From Bugula neritina (lineage: Eukaryota; Animalia; Bryozoa), in NCBI GenBank assembly GCA_964035545.1, contig OZ037771.1, positions 5,923,190 to 5,987,189 of the forward strand: a DNA stretch of 64,000 nt, given 5' to 3'. Shown one piece after another: positions 13,201 through 47,203 of the stretch. The position numbers were made by a program, and so were the translations under genes. Position 1 is the stretch's first letter; each line of letters opens with the position of its first letter. The notes beneath the pieces are model-generated. The model searched no databases. It saw only the letters and a program-made list of their open reading frames with translations, and had not been told where the DNA came from.

Positions 13201-16200
13201 TATTACATGTTGTGTATTACTAGATATATTACTAATTGAAGCAGGGCTTTTAAATACAAATTATATGTAATATGTTATTATTTATATATTGTGTAATATA
13301 TATTGTATATTATATATTATTGCCAAAATGAGTTGTTGCTATATAGCTATCGAGGCTTATTTTTAGAATTTATTCAAAGTTAACCTGACAATTCTCAGTT
13401 GTAAATTAAACGTTTTGATTTGCTTCTGGAAATTTTTTGAAGTTAAAATTTTGACCCAAGTAAATATTTCCAAGCAGTTAAAAAGAGAAATTTAACAGTT
13501 TGCTGTAGTATAATGATACTGACACCTGGAGTATCAAGTTCTACTCTGCTATATGAACATGGTTTAGTTTGATTTAGATAATAAATTGAAGTAAACTATT
13601 TGACTATGGCTTGGCATCTGTGTTGAGCAGTGTTGATTGTGCTAGTTCCCAGTTTGACCTAATGGGACAGGCATGAACTGTCAGTGGAATATCCAGTGCT
13701 GGTAATTGTGGAGTGAATATATTTTAGAGCAAGAACTCTTGGACCAACTACCATTTGAAGAACAATGTGCAGGGGAAGACAATTGCAAAACAGTTTCTAC
13801 CCTCTACAGGATGCAAATCAAAAAGGTGCTTCATTGTATATATCTGTTACTTACTTACTATGATAATGGTGCTGGATTTATGAACCTAATTTTGAAGACT
13901 ATTCTGACAAAAGCAAGAAAAAACAAAAATAACTCAACTGAGCTGAAATATGTTGCCAATGCTCTACTTTTTGTTTCCGCGAATGGCATAATTCATTTTG
14001 ATATCGCAGATGAAAATTTCAAGCTTTGTGTAGCTTTCTTATAAAATTGTGTTCAAAAATGGTTTTCTAATAGAATTTTTAGTAAACATGCTATTTTCAT
14101 CATTTCCAAGTTTAATCAGTTAGTTTTACCCATTACTCAATGACTTAAGAATTGAGAGTAATAGAATAATTAATAGTACAGTCATCTATACTGTACTTCC
14201 TTACTGCTAAGTAGAATACACCATCCTGTACAGACGTGAGCTTGATTCAAGTTGCATGTATAATTGTAGCCGTGGTGTCTCATATAATGCAGTTGTTTAT
14301 GTAGTAACCAAGTTGCATATAGGCATGGTCTCTATATTGTTTATCTAGTATGCTGGGCACGAGGTCTTATCTATACCGTCTGAAATGTGTGCTCTGGAGG
14401 AGAACCTGGATGTGATAGTCAGTCTTGCTGAGAGGTTCTACTGTAACTGCTACTTCAGGGATGCCTATAAAATCACTTCAAAGTAAATTACTTTTTATCT
14501 AGCTGTGTTGTTTCAGCACTATTCCTACCAGTATATTATTATTATTTGTACAATGCACAGGTTAGCAGTTCTTGTAAAATACTGCTAAGAATTTGTTTGA
14601 ATTTCACAGTTTCACACTTCAACCCAATTTTTTGAACGATATTTGAGCATAGCATGGGTTTTAGAAATAAGTGCAGTAGTGGAGAAATAGAGAAACCCTC
14701 GTGTTCTAGATTAGAAATATAGTAAAATAAGTTGTTTTCTAGAGAAAGTGTAAACACCGCCCCAAACTAAAATTTGTTATTAACTAATTGAAGAACTTAA
14801 GCTATGGAAATTTCTCCTCTACTGCATCTAAATGGAGGTACACTTCACACTATTACTACTCATAAGATATGTTACCAGTTTATTATCTGACACAATAAAG
14901 GGTTAAAAATAATGTTTTAAAGTAACAAAGTCTTCGCCATATTCCAGGGTGCTGAATAAGGAGCCATTTCATCTCAAGTGTCTGCCTCTACACATTGTAC
15001 TTCTGGTTGAGCTGAGGAAACCTCGAGGTTAGTCAACATACTTCTAGTATGTTTTTATTATTCACCAATATGCTTGTCAGGAGTGCCTGTTTGTTGTCAG
15101 AGTGGGGGACTTGAGGGAACGCCCCTCTGGTTAGCTTTGAGTTCCATAAGCACTTATATGTTGGAGTTGCCCCAAGACGCTCGGTGTATATTGTTAAACT
15201 CGCACAGTCATGACAAATATTCTTACTGCTGTGTCTGTGTATGTTTTAGATCTGTTCTACTTGGCACATCGTCTGGTTGATACATACCCAACTAATGCAG
15301 TAAGTATATAACTAATATAGTAAGTGTATAACTGATATAGTAAGTATATAACTAATAGGCTAAGTATATAACTAATATAGTAAGCATATAACTAATAGGC
15401 TAAGTATACAACTGATATAGTAAGTATATAACTAATGATATAGTAAGTATGTAGCTAGTACAGTAAGTGTACAACTAATATAGTAAGTATATTGTAAACT
15501 AGTTTATCTTTTTGCTGCCGCTCTTGGTTGTCACATTCTCTCCTTTGCACAGATTTCCTGGTTTGCCGTGGCGTGCTACTACCATCTCATACACAACAAC
15601 GAGCTAGCCAGACAGTATTTCAGTAAAGCAACCAGTCTAGACGGGCTGTTTGGACCCGCCTGGCTTGTCTTCGGACACTCCTTCGCAGCTGAGAGTGAGC
15701 ACGATCAGGCCATGGCCGCATATTTCAGAGCTTCTCAACTCATGAAAGGGTTTGTTTTGCGGCAATTAGCTGATATCTAGCTGAATAATCAAACACTTGG
15801 TTGATAGAACTTGTTTGTACTGATTAGCTTATTCATTGTAAGTATATTATTCAGATTTGCTCTGAGTTTTTGTACTCGAATAGACTCTGGCAAGTGAAAT
15901 AGTTGCTGAATATTGAAATAAAAACTTAAAAGTATTGAGGTTGTGTTACAGTGGTTGCCAGGTATAGAAGCATATGTTTCCAGAGTAGAAATGAAAGAGT
16001 AAAAAAGAGAGAAAGAGGGAGGGAGTAGTAAATTACACTGAATTTATAATTAGACAACCCAATAGCTTTAGCGACATCTTAAAAAAACTCATGAGAGGTT
16101 TATAGTCACCATCTCTGTGAAACCCCCAGATGGAAAGGCTTTTTTATTCGGGCTAAGAACTTGTTTTCTGTTGTGGCAAAAGAGTAATTATGACTGGATG

Positions 16201-18549
16201 TTCTTCCTAACATCACTGGTGGCCTATCACCATAGCATTGTCAGCACTGTATTTCTATCTCTAGCTGTCACTTGCCCTTTCTCTATATTGGGTTGGAGTA
16301 TGGTCTCACCTCCACCACCAAACTGGCAGAGAAGTTCTTCATGCAAGCTCAAGCTATTGCTCCAGACGATCCGTTTGTTATTCATGAAATAGGAGTGATT
16401 GACTATCAGAACGGCAGGTGAACCAAATACAGTTTGCATTGATCTCTTGTCATAAAACTCTGATATATACTCTGTGTTATATATACTGTGTTATATATAC
16501 TGTGCTATATATACTGTTTTTACATACCGTGTTTTATATACTGTCTCTTATACACTATTTTTCAGGTACAAAGATTGTGAGGCGAAGATGAAACAGGCCC
16601 TCTCTATTATTGATTCGTTAGATTTGAAGAAACTCTCCCATCTCTGGGAGCCTTTACTCAACAATATGGCCCACACCTGCCGTAAGCTCAGGTCAGTTCC
16701 ACCTGCTGCCACATGTCTGTAACATTGTGACGTGTCATTTCAGTTCCACCTGCCGCCACATGTCTGTAACATTGTGATATGTCACTTTAATTCATAGTTT
16801 TGTCATTCAAACCATTCTAAAGCCATACATATAAAGGTTTATATAGTAAAAAAGTGTTGGAATTCAATTTAGTAATGAGATGCAGTGTAGGAGTCGTTCT
16901 ACTATTAAATAGTGTTGATGCTTCTTTAGTTATGTAGCTCCGATGTAGCCATGCTCTCGTTGTTGGCTGTAAATACATTATTATAGTCATTTTTGCTTCC
17001 ATTTGTTTTCTACATCGAAAAGTGTGATAAATAAAATGTTAATTTGCTGTATTTTTTACTTTTAACTATACAGTTTATACAAAGCTTAAAATGCTATCTC
17101 AATGAAATGTTTCAGGACACTAAAAATGTCCAACAATCTGAAACTCTGTTTATTATTTCCAGTAAAGCTATTCAAGAACAAGGAATCGTCAGTGATAAAG
17201 CTGTTTAAAAGAAGTTTCAAAATGCCATGTAGTTTCATGAATGTACATCGCTCATCGTTGTGAAAATATGTTATAATAAATTTTCTAAATTGTATTCTTT
17301 AGAAAATATGAGGAAGCAATTTCCTACCACAGGAAGGCCCTAATATTAAAGAGTAAGAATGCTAGCACCCTCTCAGGTATAGGGTACAACTACATGTTGA
17401 TGTATGACTTTGAGAGAGCTGTCGAGTATTTCCACAAGTCGCTGTCCATTAGGAAGAACGACTCCTTCGCTATGGACATGATTAAGATTGCTATGGATGA
17501 GCTTGTAAATGACCTCAACTTCAATGTCAAAGGTTAATTTAACTTAAAGATTTTTAGTGTTCACAAGTGGTTGTCATGGGCTTACTTTTAATGCAACCTG
17601 CATTATTTTGCATTGGCTATCTTTATAAATAGTATGTATCCTTTTCAACAGCTCTAATTTTTCTGTAGTTTAGTGTTTTTTTTCAAGTGTGAGTTGTTTG
17701 TCGGCCGAGATGTGTGCAAAGTTGTAAAAATTATTGAATAGTTAGATGTTTGTCACAAGTCAGCTGATTCGCTAAGCAATCTGGAAATGACACATCACAG
17801 TTTGTAAATGTGTCTTTTTCTTTTTATATACTAAGTGCACCAACTTCCCCCAACAAGAAATTATCAGTGTTGAAAACGTTCATCACAATTCTATTGTGTT
17901 TATCTGATGGTTACACGCCTAATTCGTTAGCTAAATTATAGTTTAAAGAGATCAACTTTCAAACAACTCTAATCCTACCCACAAAACATCGTCTAAAAAG
18001 TGAAAGTTTTAGTTTAAAAATTTGATAAAACTCTAAATGATGAATGTTTTTTTAGTTATGGGAAATTTTTTAAAAATTAACGAAAGTTGAAAAAAATTGA
18101 ATCTATTCTGTAGTTGAATTCGTCTAGCCATTACTAGCAACATTCATACCGGCCATTAATTTGCCTAACTTCTGTCTTGATAATTGTTATTATATCAATT
18201 GTATTTTTGAATTGGTCATTGCCATTTACATTCTACACTCGCCACATGTTCTCACAGCTTACACACTGTTCATGTATTACACTTCTTTCTACCAGTGTAG
18301 TTATTTACATGTCTGTATTGCGCAAAAGTAATCATGTTCTATGTGTTTTCATCTGCAGTAATTGACAGCTACGAACCTCTCCAGATTGAAAGAAAACTTA
18401 ACTTGACTCAGCTGAGACAAGACGCTACAGCCAGGGATGAAAGTTTGCCCAATACCCCTCAACATGCTCCCCGTGAACCTACACCTCAATTTGTTTCTGG
18501 CGATCAGAGTGGTATGAGTATTGAAATGGAAATGTCTTTAGATGACTAG
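1239..18549 (+). CDS. CDC16: Cell division cycle protein 16 homolog (APC6, TPR subunit of the APC/C), 15 coding exons
   Basis: Phase-compatible GT-AG exons: 1239-1307, 1917-1971, 2706-2803, 3031-3069, 12257-12382, 12877-13036, 13728-13825, 14349-14482, 14948-15027, 15250-15299, 15553-15749, 16265-16417, 16566-16691, 17303-17532, 18359-18549. The translation has CDC16-type segments: YESALYWADKV, CLYHTGQYHRA, ENLDVIVSLAERFY, LFYLAHRLVDTYP, SWFAVACYY, FGPAWLVFGHSFAAESEHDQAMAAYFRASQLMKGCHLPFLYIGLEYGLT, WEPLLNNMAHTCRKL. Confidence 0.95.
5822..8841 (-). CDS. SLC35D-family nucleotide-sugar transporter (SLC35D3-like), 6 coding exons, nested antisense in CDC16 intron 4
   Basis: Minus-strand exons 8841(or 8799)-8655, 8571-8424, 8131-7965, 7564-7471, 7062-6901, 6071-5822, all GT-AG and in phase. 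Multi-TM product with ALLYGITSTSMAFLNK, NLTMYSVVKRNGPLMTMLL..LILKKG, GDITFD, LNFTLFLCNSNNSALTTSVVGTLKS and GGLVYTHAK, which are typical SLC35D motifs. The start codon is uncertain between two in-frame ATGs. Confidence 0.88.
11236..11460 (-). promoter_or_regulatory. Putative non-coding first exon and promoter of the nested SLC35D gene
   Basis: A minus-strand donor (AAG|GTAACT, exon edge at 11236) could splice to an acceptor at 9076-9075 (catttTAG). The region is locally CpG-rich, with CCAAT (about 11388) and GGGCGG (about 11451). Inference only. Confidence 0.4.
15296..15490 (+). repeat. 20-bp minisatellite (TAAGTATATAACTAATATAG-like) beginning at the CDC16 exon 10 splice donor
   Basis: About 9 visible degenerate units; several contain AGTAAGT. 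Confidence 0.85.
16694..16787 (+). repeat. 47-bp tandem duplication just after the CDC16 exon 13 donor
   Basis: cagttccacctgctgccacatgtctgtaacattgtgacgtgtcattt occurs twice with a few mismatches. Confidence 0.85.
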
Positions 18550-18906
18550 TAGAAACTATAAAACCCATTCTATGATAGAACAATTCTGTTTGAAATTATT
18601 GCCTTTTATTTTAAACAGTTGAATTCCAATTTTAAATTATTGAAGTAAATTAGAATATTGAATGCAGTATAGATTTTTGCTTTTTGTTCAAGTCAACTAA
18701 ATTAATCTATTGAAAGATTGAGTTATCCAATAGTTTTTACTAGGGTGCCTATCTTGTCAGTCATTCTGAGATGTGCTCTGCTTGCTTGGACTGAGAAACA
18801 ATATGAATGCTGTTCAAAGATTTAGAATAGCAATTACTGTGTGTATATATACATACATATGTCTGAAAATTATTGATTTTAATAATCTCATTATCTTTTT
18901 TATATA

Positions 18907-18927
18907 AATAAACATGGTGTATTTATT
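18907..18927. terminator. Candidate paired poly(A) signals: AATAAA on + (18907-18912, CDC16) and on - (18922-18927, ABCC copy A)
   Basis: The sequence aataaacatggtgtatttatt lies between the two convergent stop codons (18549 and 20087). Confidence 0.45.
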
Positions 18928-19162
18928 AGCCTTTTTCAATACTGCATTTCAAACTTTAATTTTGTAGTTTCAGTTTTCATATGTGTTGTGTACAAAAATG
19001 TTCAAGCATCACCAACGGCTTAAAACAGACTGGCTGTTGTAAGCAGATAGCTTCAACAGGAGTTTTGAGGTGACACTGATGATCTGGCAGTAATCTAAGT
19101 GCACATGGAAGCACTTGTTATGCCCAGCTGTTTCTTTAGGCTTCCTTGTTAGTAGAGGAGAA

Positions 19163-19359
19163 GCAGTTTTCCTATTACGCACGAAGTCATGGGTTTAAGC
19201 TCGATTAAAGGCCATTGGTGATGTTAGGAAGAGCATTCAGTCACATTCTCCTGTCCCCCCCCCCCCCCCCCCCCATATGAATATAAGCCGGTTTAACAAA
19301 ACCCCCTTCCATCAGGGGTTTTCTCACAAGGATGACTATAAACTTTTGTGAGTTTTTTG
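19163..19359 (+). mobile_element. SINE-like insertion with a 17-bp target-site duplication
   Basis: TTGTTAGTAGAGGAGAA occurs at 19146-19162 and 19360-19376. The insert has a degenerate B-box-like GGGTTTAAGC, an internal poly-C tract, and similarity to the fragment at 21708-21800. Confidence 0.7.
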
Positions 19360-20086
19360 TTGTTAGTAGAGGAGAAAAAACTAGCCAAAGTGCCTGAACA
19401 ATTATATTTAACCAATCATTTGACATAATCAAACACAAAATAACCAATACTGTTGCAAATAAGAATGAACTAACAACTGTTCTATAAGAAACTATATGCA
19501 AAATATATGAAGTAACTATGCATGCCTACAGCTACAATAAACTCTGTGACTAGCATCAAGATGTGAAGTCTTCAGGGCTTGCCATGATACTAACAAACAA
19601 AAATAATATATCTATATGCCAACAACAGTGTTACATGATTCAACATGACCTAAGTATTTTCGATACCCATAAACGGACATACGTGTAAGTAGAATGATGT
19701 GTAAAAATGATTACAGGGGAAAAATGCCAATGCAAATATGGCAGTAAAAGAAATAACAAGTCGAGAAGAAATGCAGCAAAAGGTTAAAATCTACTGAAAG
19801 AACTATTGTATTATCAGCAACCTGCATAAATCATCACTGTCTTGAAGCATGTGTGGTTTACTGCTGCCATAAATATAAAAACTAACCTTCACGTGTCATT
19901 TAGAGAGTGACAGATGAGTAATATGTAGGCCTAAGTATTGATGCAAAATAAGTACGAGTTTTAAGTAAAAGTAACGCCAAAAAATGTGTCTTGATTTTTC
20001 AGCAAATGGGTAAAAAAATACATGGGCGAGTAGATATATTAATCAAGTGATATTATAAGCCTTTGAGAATAAGCAAGCTGGCGTAT

Positions 20087-43391
<23,305 letters not shown>

Positions 43392-46300
43392 CTCTGTAGA
43401 CACAGCTTAGCCCAGCTCTGATCTCCTATCAAATAAGTTGTAATAATAATAAGTTGAGTAAGCAATGTCTGGATTCTAGAGGACGAAATATTACCCTGGG
43501 CTCATTAAAAATCTAAATTGAGTCTGGTTGGCCCCAACACCAGTCTGTTAACACAGAAAACACAAAGCAATATAAAACTAGAGGAGGGTCAACAGTGTTT
43601 TAAAACTTTAGTTGACCACAAATTATATGTCTGCCAAAACTACAAAGTAGGCTTGACTTGATTTTATCAACTCTACACAGATTTCATCTTAGTTATGGTT
43701 TAACTGACTTTATTTTAAAAAATATACACGCAAAGCTTTGTATACTTTATCCACTGCACATATCACCCAAATGGGTGTTTCATTGCAGTATATAAACATA
43801 TTATACTGTAGCACACAGCCTGCTTTTATTGCCAAACTTCTTTTTTGTGAGGCCACAGTCTTAGCTGACAGCTTTTGAAATACAGTAATAGAAATTACTT
43901 ATATTCATCAGATAAACTTGGCAAGAGAGGTCATATTAAATGTGCCAATAATTCCTATTCAAAAAGAGGGTCACGATTTGGGTTCCTTTTCTCTAGGACC
44001 TTATCAGAAACCAGAGACTGACAGTCATCCATCATATTAATATAAACATTAGGCTTAAGGCCAGTGTGTGTATGTATATAAATATAACATGTGCTATTAC
44101 GTGACAGGGGATAGATACTGTTTCAACAATTGAGCTAATGATAGCTGGTATTCACCCAGACAAAATATTTTACACATAGATGAAATAGTTGCTAGACTTG
44201 TTTGGATACCAAATACTACTTATGAGGTTAAATTAACACATCAAAATACATAATGAGAGAAAATATTTTCCAGATGTTATTGAAGCTATTAGATATATAT
44301 TGGTAAATTTTTTGAACCCTGAAAACTTTTGGTTCAGAAGAGCTTTAAGAACTTGTGTTTTTGAGATAATGAACTTATAAATTTGAAAATGCAGCCTTGG
44401 TATCATAATATTATTTTGTGCTAATAGCTGATATAGCCTCATATCAGCTAAAAATGCAAGGTATATTTCTATTCATGGAAGCAATATAAAAAGAAAGTGG
44501 CAACAATGTCTTTTTTTAATTGGTCTGTAAATTAAAAAACTTTTTGCAACACTTTTTATCTAGACTTTTTCTAATTTCTAAATTACTGCACCTACCTCAG
44601 CAACGGTTGTCATGGAAACAGCAAATTTATACGATAATATGTTTAATTGATCATAGGATAAGTTCAAGAGCAAAGTACCTAACTTTTGTCTTTTTTTCAG
44701 TTTTGCTCACTTTGAATCGAACTTTGAACTGACACCCAGAATTTTATTTTTAGTAAAACAAATGAGTGAATTTTATATATTTAAAAAACAAGTGTTGTTA
44801 GGTTATGTCAAGGTTACAAATAACTTGCATTTATTAAAAAAAACTGTGATAGATGTGCTTGAAACAATATAAACAATGAGTCAGAATATAATAATGCTTG
44901 CTTTCTTTTCTTGTTTGATTGATTCAATATTAATGCAGGGTAGGTGCAAATAACAATAGTCACAACTAAATATGTGAAAAATGCAAGCATCATGCTTACT
45001 AAGCAGCTTTTAAGGTGACCGTGAGTAACCAATCAAAATTTAAATCACATGGTGCAGCAGGAATAAGATTACATGGCTATTCCAACAAAAGAAAACTCAT
45101 ATTACTATTAGTCTCAAAATTTAAATATAGCACCAGCATGGCCACTCTAAACTCACAAGATAGTGCTAATGATAATCAGTATAGGTAACCATTATCATGC
45201 CATATCTATTCTCAACACAGCCACTATGATAATCGTTACTATTTAAAATAGTTCTTAAATTTTGGCCTTAATATTTCCAAGCTCATTAGAAAAGTAAAAC
45301 TGAATGATTAGGTTCAAGTCTAAGTTGTCATCACATTTTGATTTGACACACATCTGAGCAAGACAACAGACAATACCAATTATCATGTTCATGATCATGA
45401 TACGGTAACACAAAACCCGATAGTTTGATGTAACCTACTCTCACTCTGTAACTAGATTTAAGACTGAAACTAAGCTGTGCCTTCAGAGTTCAGACTTAAA
45501 GTTAAAAGTTTAGGAAAAATTTAATTCAAACTGCAGTGGTAATACAAGTAGTAGTACAATATGAGTATCATTACGAGTAATTGCAAAAAAATCAAAACTG
45601 AAGTCAGTCTAATACTAATAATAATACTAATAGTAATAGAAACAATAACACACATTCACATACTCATAGTTACATTGTCATCAGTCTTAGACTTAGTCAT
45701 AACATTAAAGTAAAAATTGAAAATTAAACTATTTCTTAATCAATGATGATCAAATTCAAATTTAATTTGAATTTTCAATATTAGGCCTGATGAATAAACC
45801 TTTTTCCAGGGCTAGTTTATAGCTAATTCTTAAAATTACAGAATTTTATTAATTACTTACTCTTACTCTTAGTTTATTGCTCATAGTTATACTCTTAGTC
45901 TTACTAAATCTAATAACATTACTAGTATTAGTACTGAATTTATTTGTAGTGCTAAATTAACTTGTAAAATCAATGCTTATCCCCAAGCTTTTAGCTGTAG
46001 TTATACTTAATCTTACACTTACAGTTATACAGATTGAGATTATTTATAGTCATAATCACTGGTTAGCATTATGATTATCGTTTGATTATGATTGTCATCA
46101 ATCATGATGAGCATCACCCAGTGGCCAGTCTTATAATGATGATCTTGATTTAGCTTATCAATATCATAATGATGACGGTGGTCTATCACTCTATGAGCAT
46201 GCGACCGTGCCATCATCATCATGATCATCATCATCATGCCTCACGGGCTCATGCATCACGAAAATTGCCATTGTGATTGTGATTACACTTTCGGTAAAAT

Positions 46301-47203
46301 AAAAAGTAAAAGAAAAACTGAAAGTAAATTTAATGATTATAATTATTAGAAAATTACCATTACTATTACTGTAACACTTACAGTTATACTAACAGTAAAA
46401 CTAAATCAGCAAGTGTCCCGAGCTTCGGCCCATCGATGATTATTATAAATATAAGCCTGCTGCAAGCGTTGCTATAAAATAATAGAATGTTCAACAAAAG
46501 CTAGCCTCTTGAGCTTTGACGGCCTTTCTTTTCATATAAAAACCGTAGAAAAAGCCGACAAAGATAAAAGTCGACTACTCTTAACTCACCATTCTTATGA
46601 GTTAGTGGCACAACTTTGAATAAAATTGTATAAATTTCATGTTCAACATTTTTTGTACTTATAAAAAAATATTAATAGTTTTATCAAAATGTCACTTGGT
46701 TTGCAGCTTCTTTCTTTTTAATCAACTGAATTTTCACGTAGCAACAAGCCAAGACCAATGGGCACTCTGGTCAATGCCGGTTGACTACATTAATAGGGCT
46801 TAGGTGGTAATGCTGTACAACGATTAGCTTGATTTTAGGTAAAAATGGCACAGGTAATAATGACATAAATGGAAAAGTAGGTAAAATACCACAAGCTGAT
46901 GCTAAATTTGGCCAAAACACAACCTCAAACTCCCTAACCCCTAAAGATAGGTTTTAATGAAGACAATACCTAAACTTGGTATTACTTAGCTGTGCAAATT
47001 TTGAGGGTTTTGCAAGCCGTTATGGATATTTTGACCATAGTTGCACTTTGTCAGTTTTAAGTCAAGTGACAGTTCCGTAAAAGTAAAATTTGAAAAAGTT
47101 TTGAGTACAAAATTAAGAAATGTCATAGCATATAAGCCAACTTACCTGCCTAGATAAATTTAGTAGCAATATAACATCTGTTTGGTGCCTGTTACAATGT
47201 ATA

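Noticed and set aside
44055-45271. TTAAGGCCA...TGGCCTTAA as a TTAA-target DNA transposon
   Set aside because: The inverted match is only about 9 bp; insufficient evidence.
45400-46400. His/Met-rich ORF 46040-46237 and surrounding CAT/TAC-rich sequence
   Set aside because: Degenerate trinucleotide and hexanucleotide low complexity; no splice or homology support.
46400-47193. Possible Helitron-like non-autonomous element hosting the LINE
   Set aside because: The GACA tail I first assigned to it lies inside the LINE's TSD; no verifiable termini remain.
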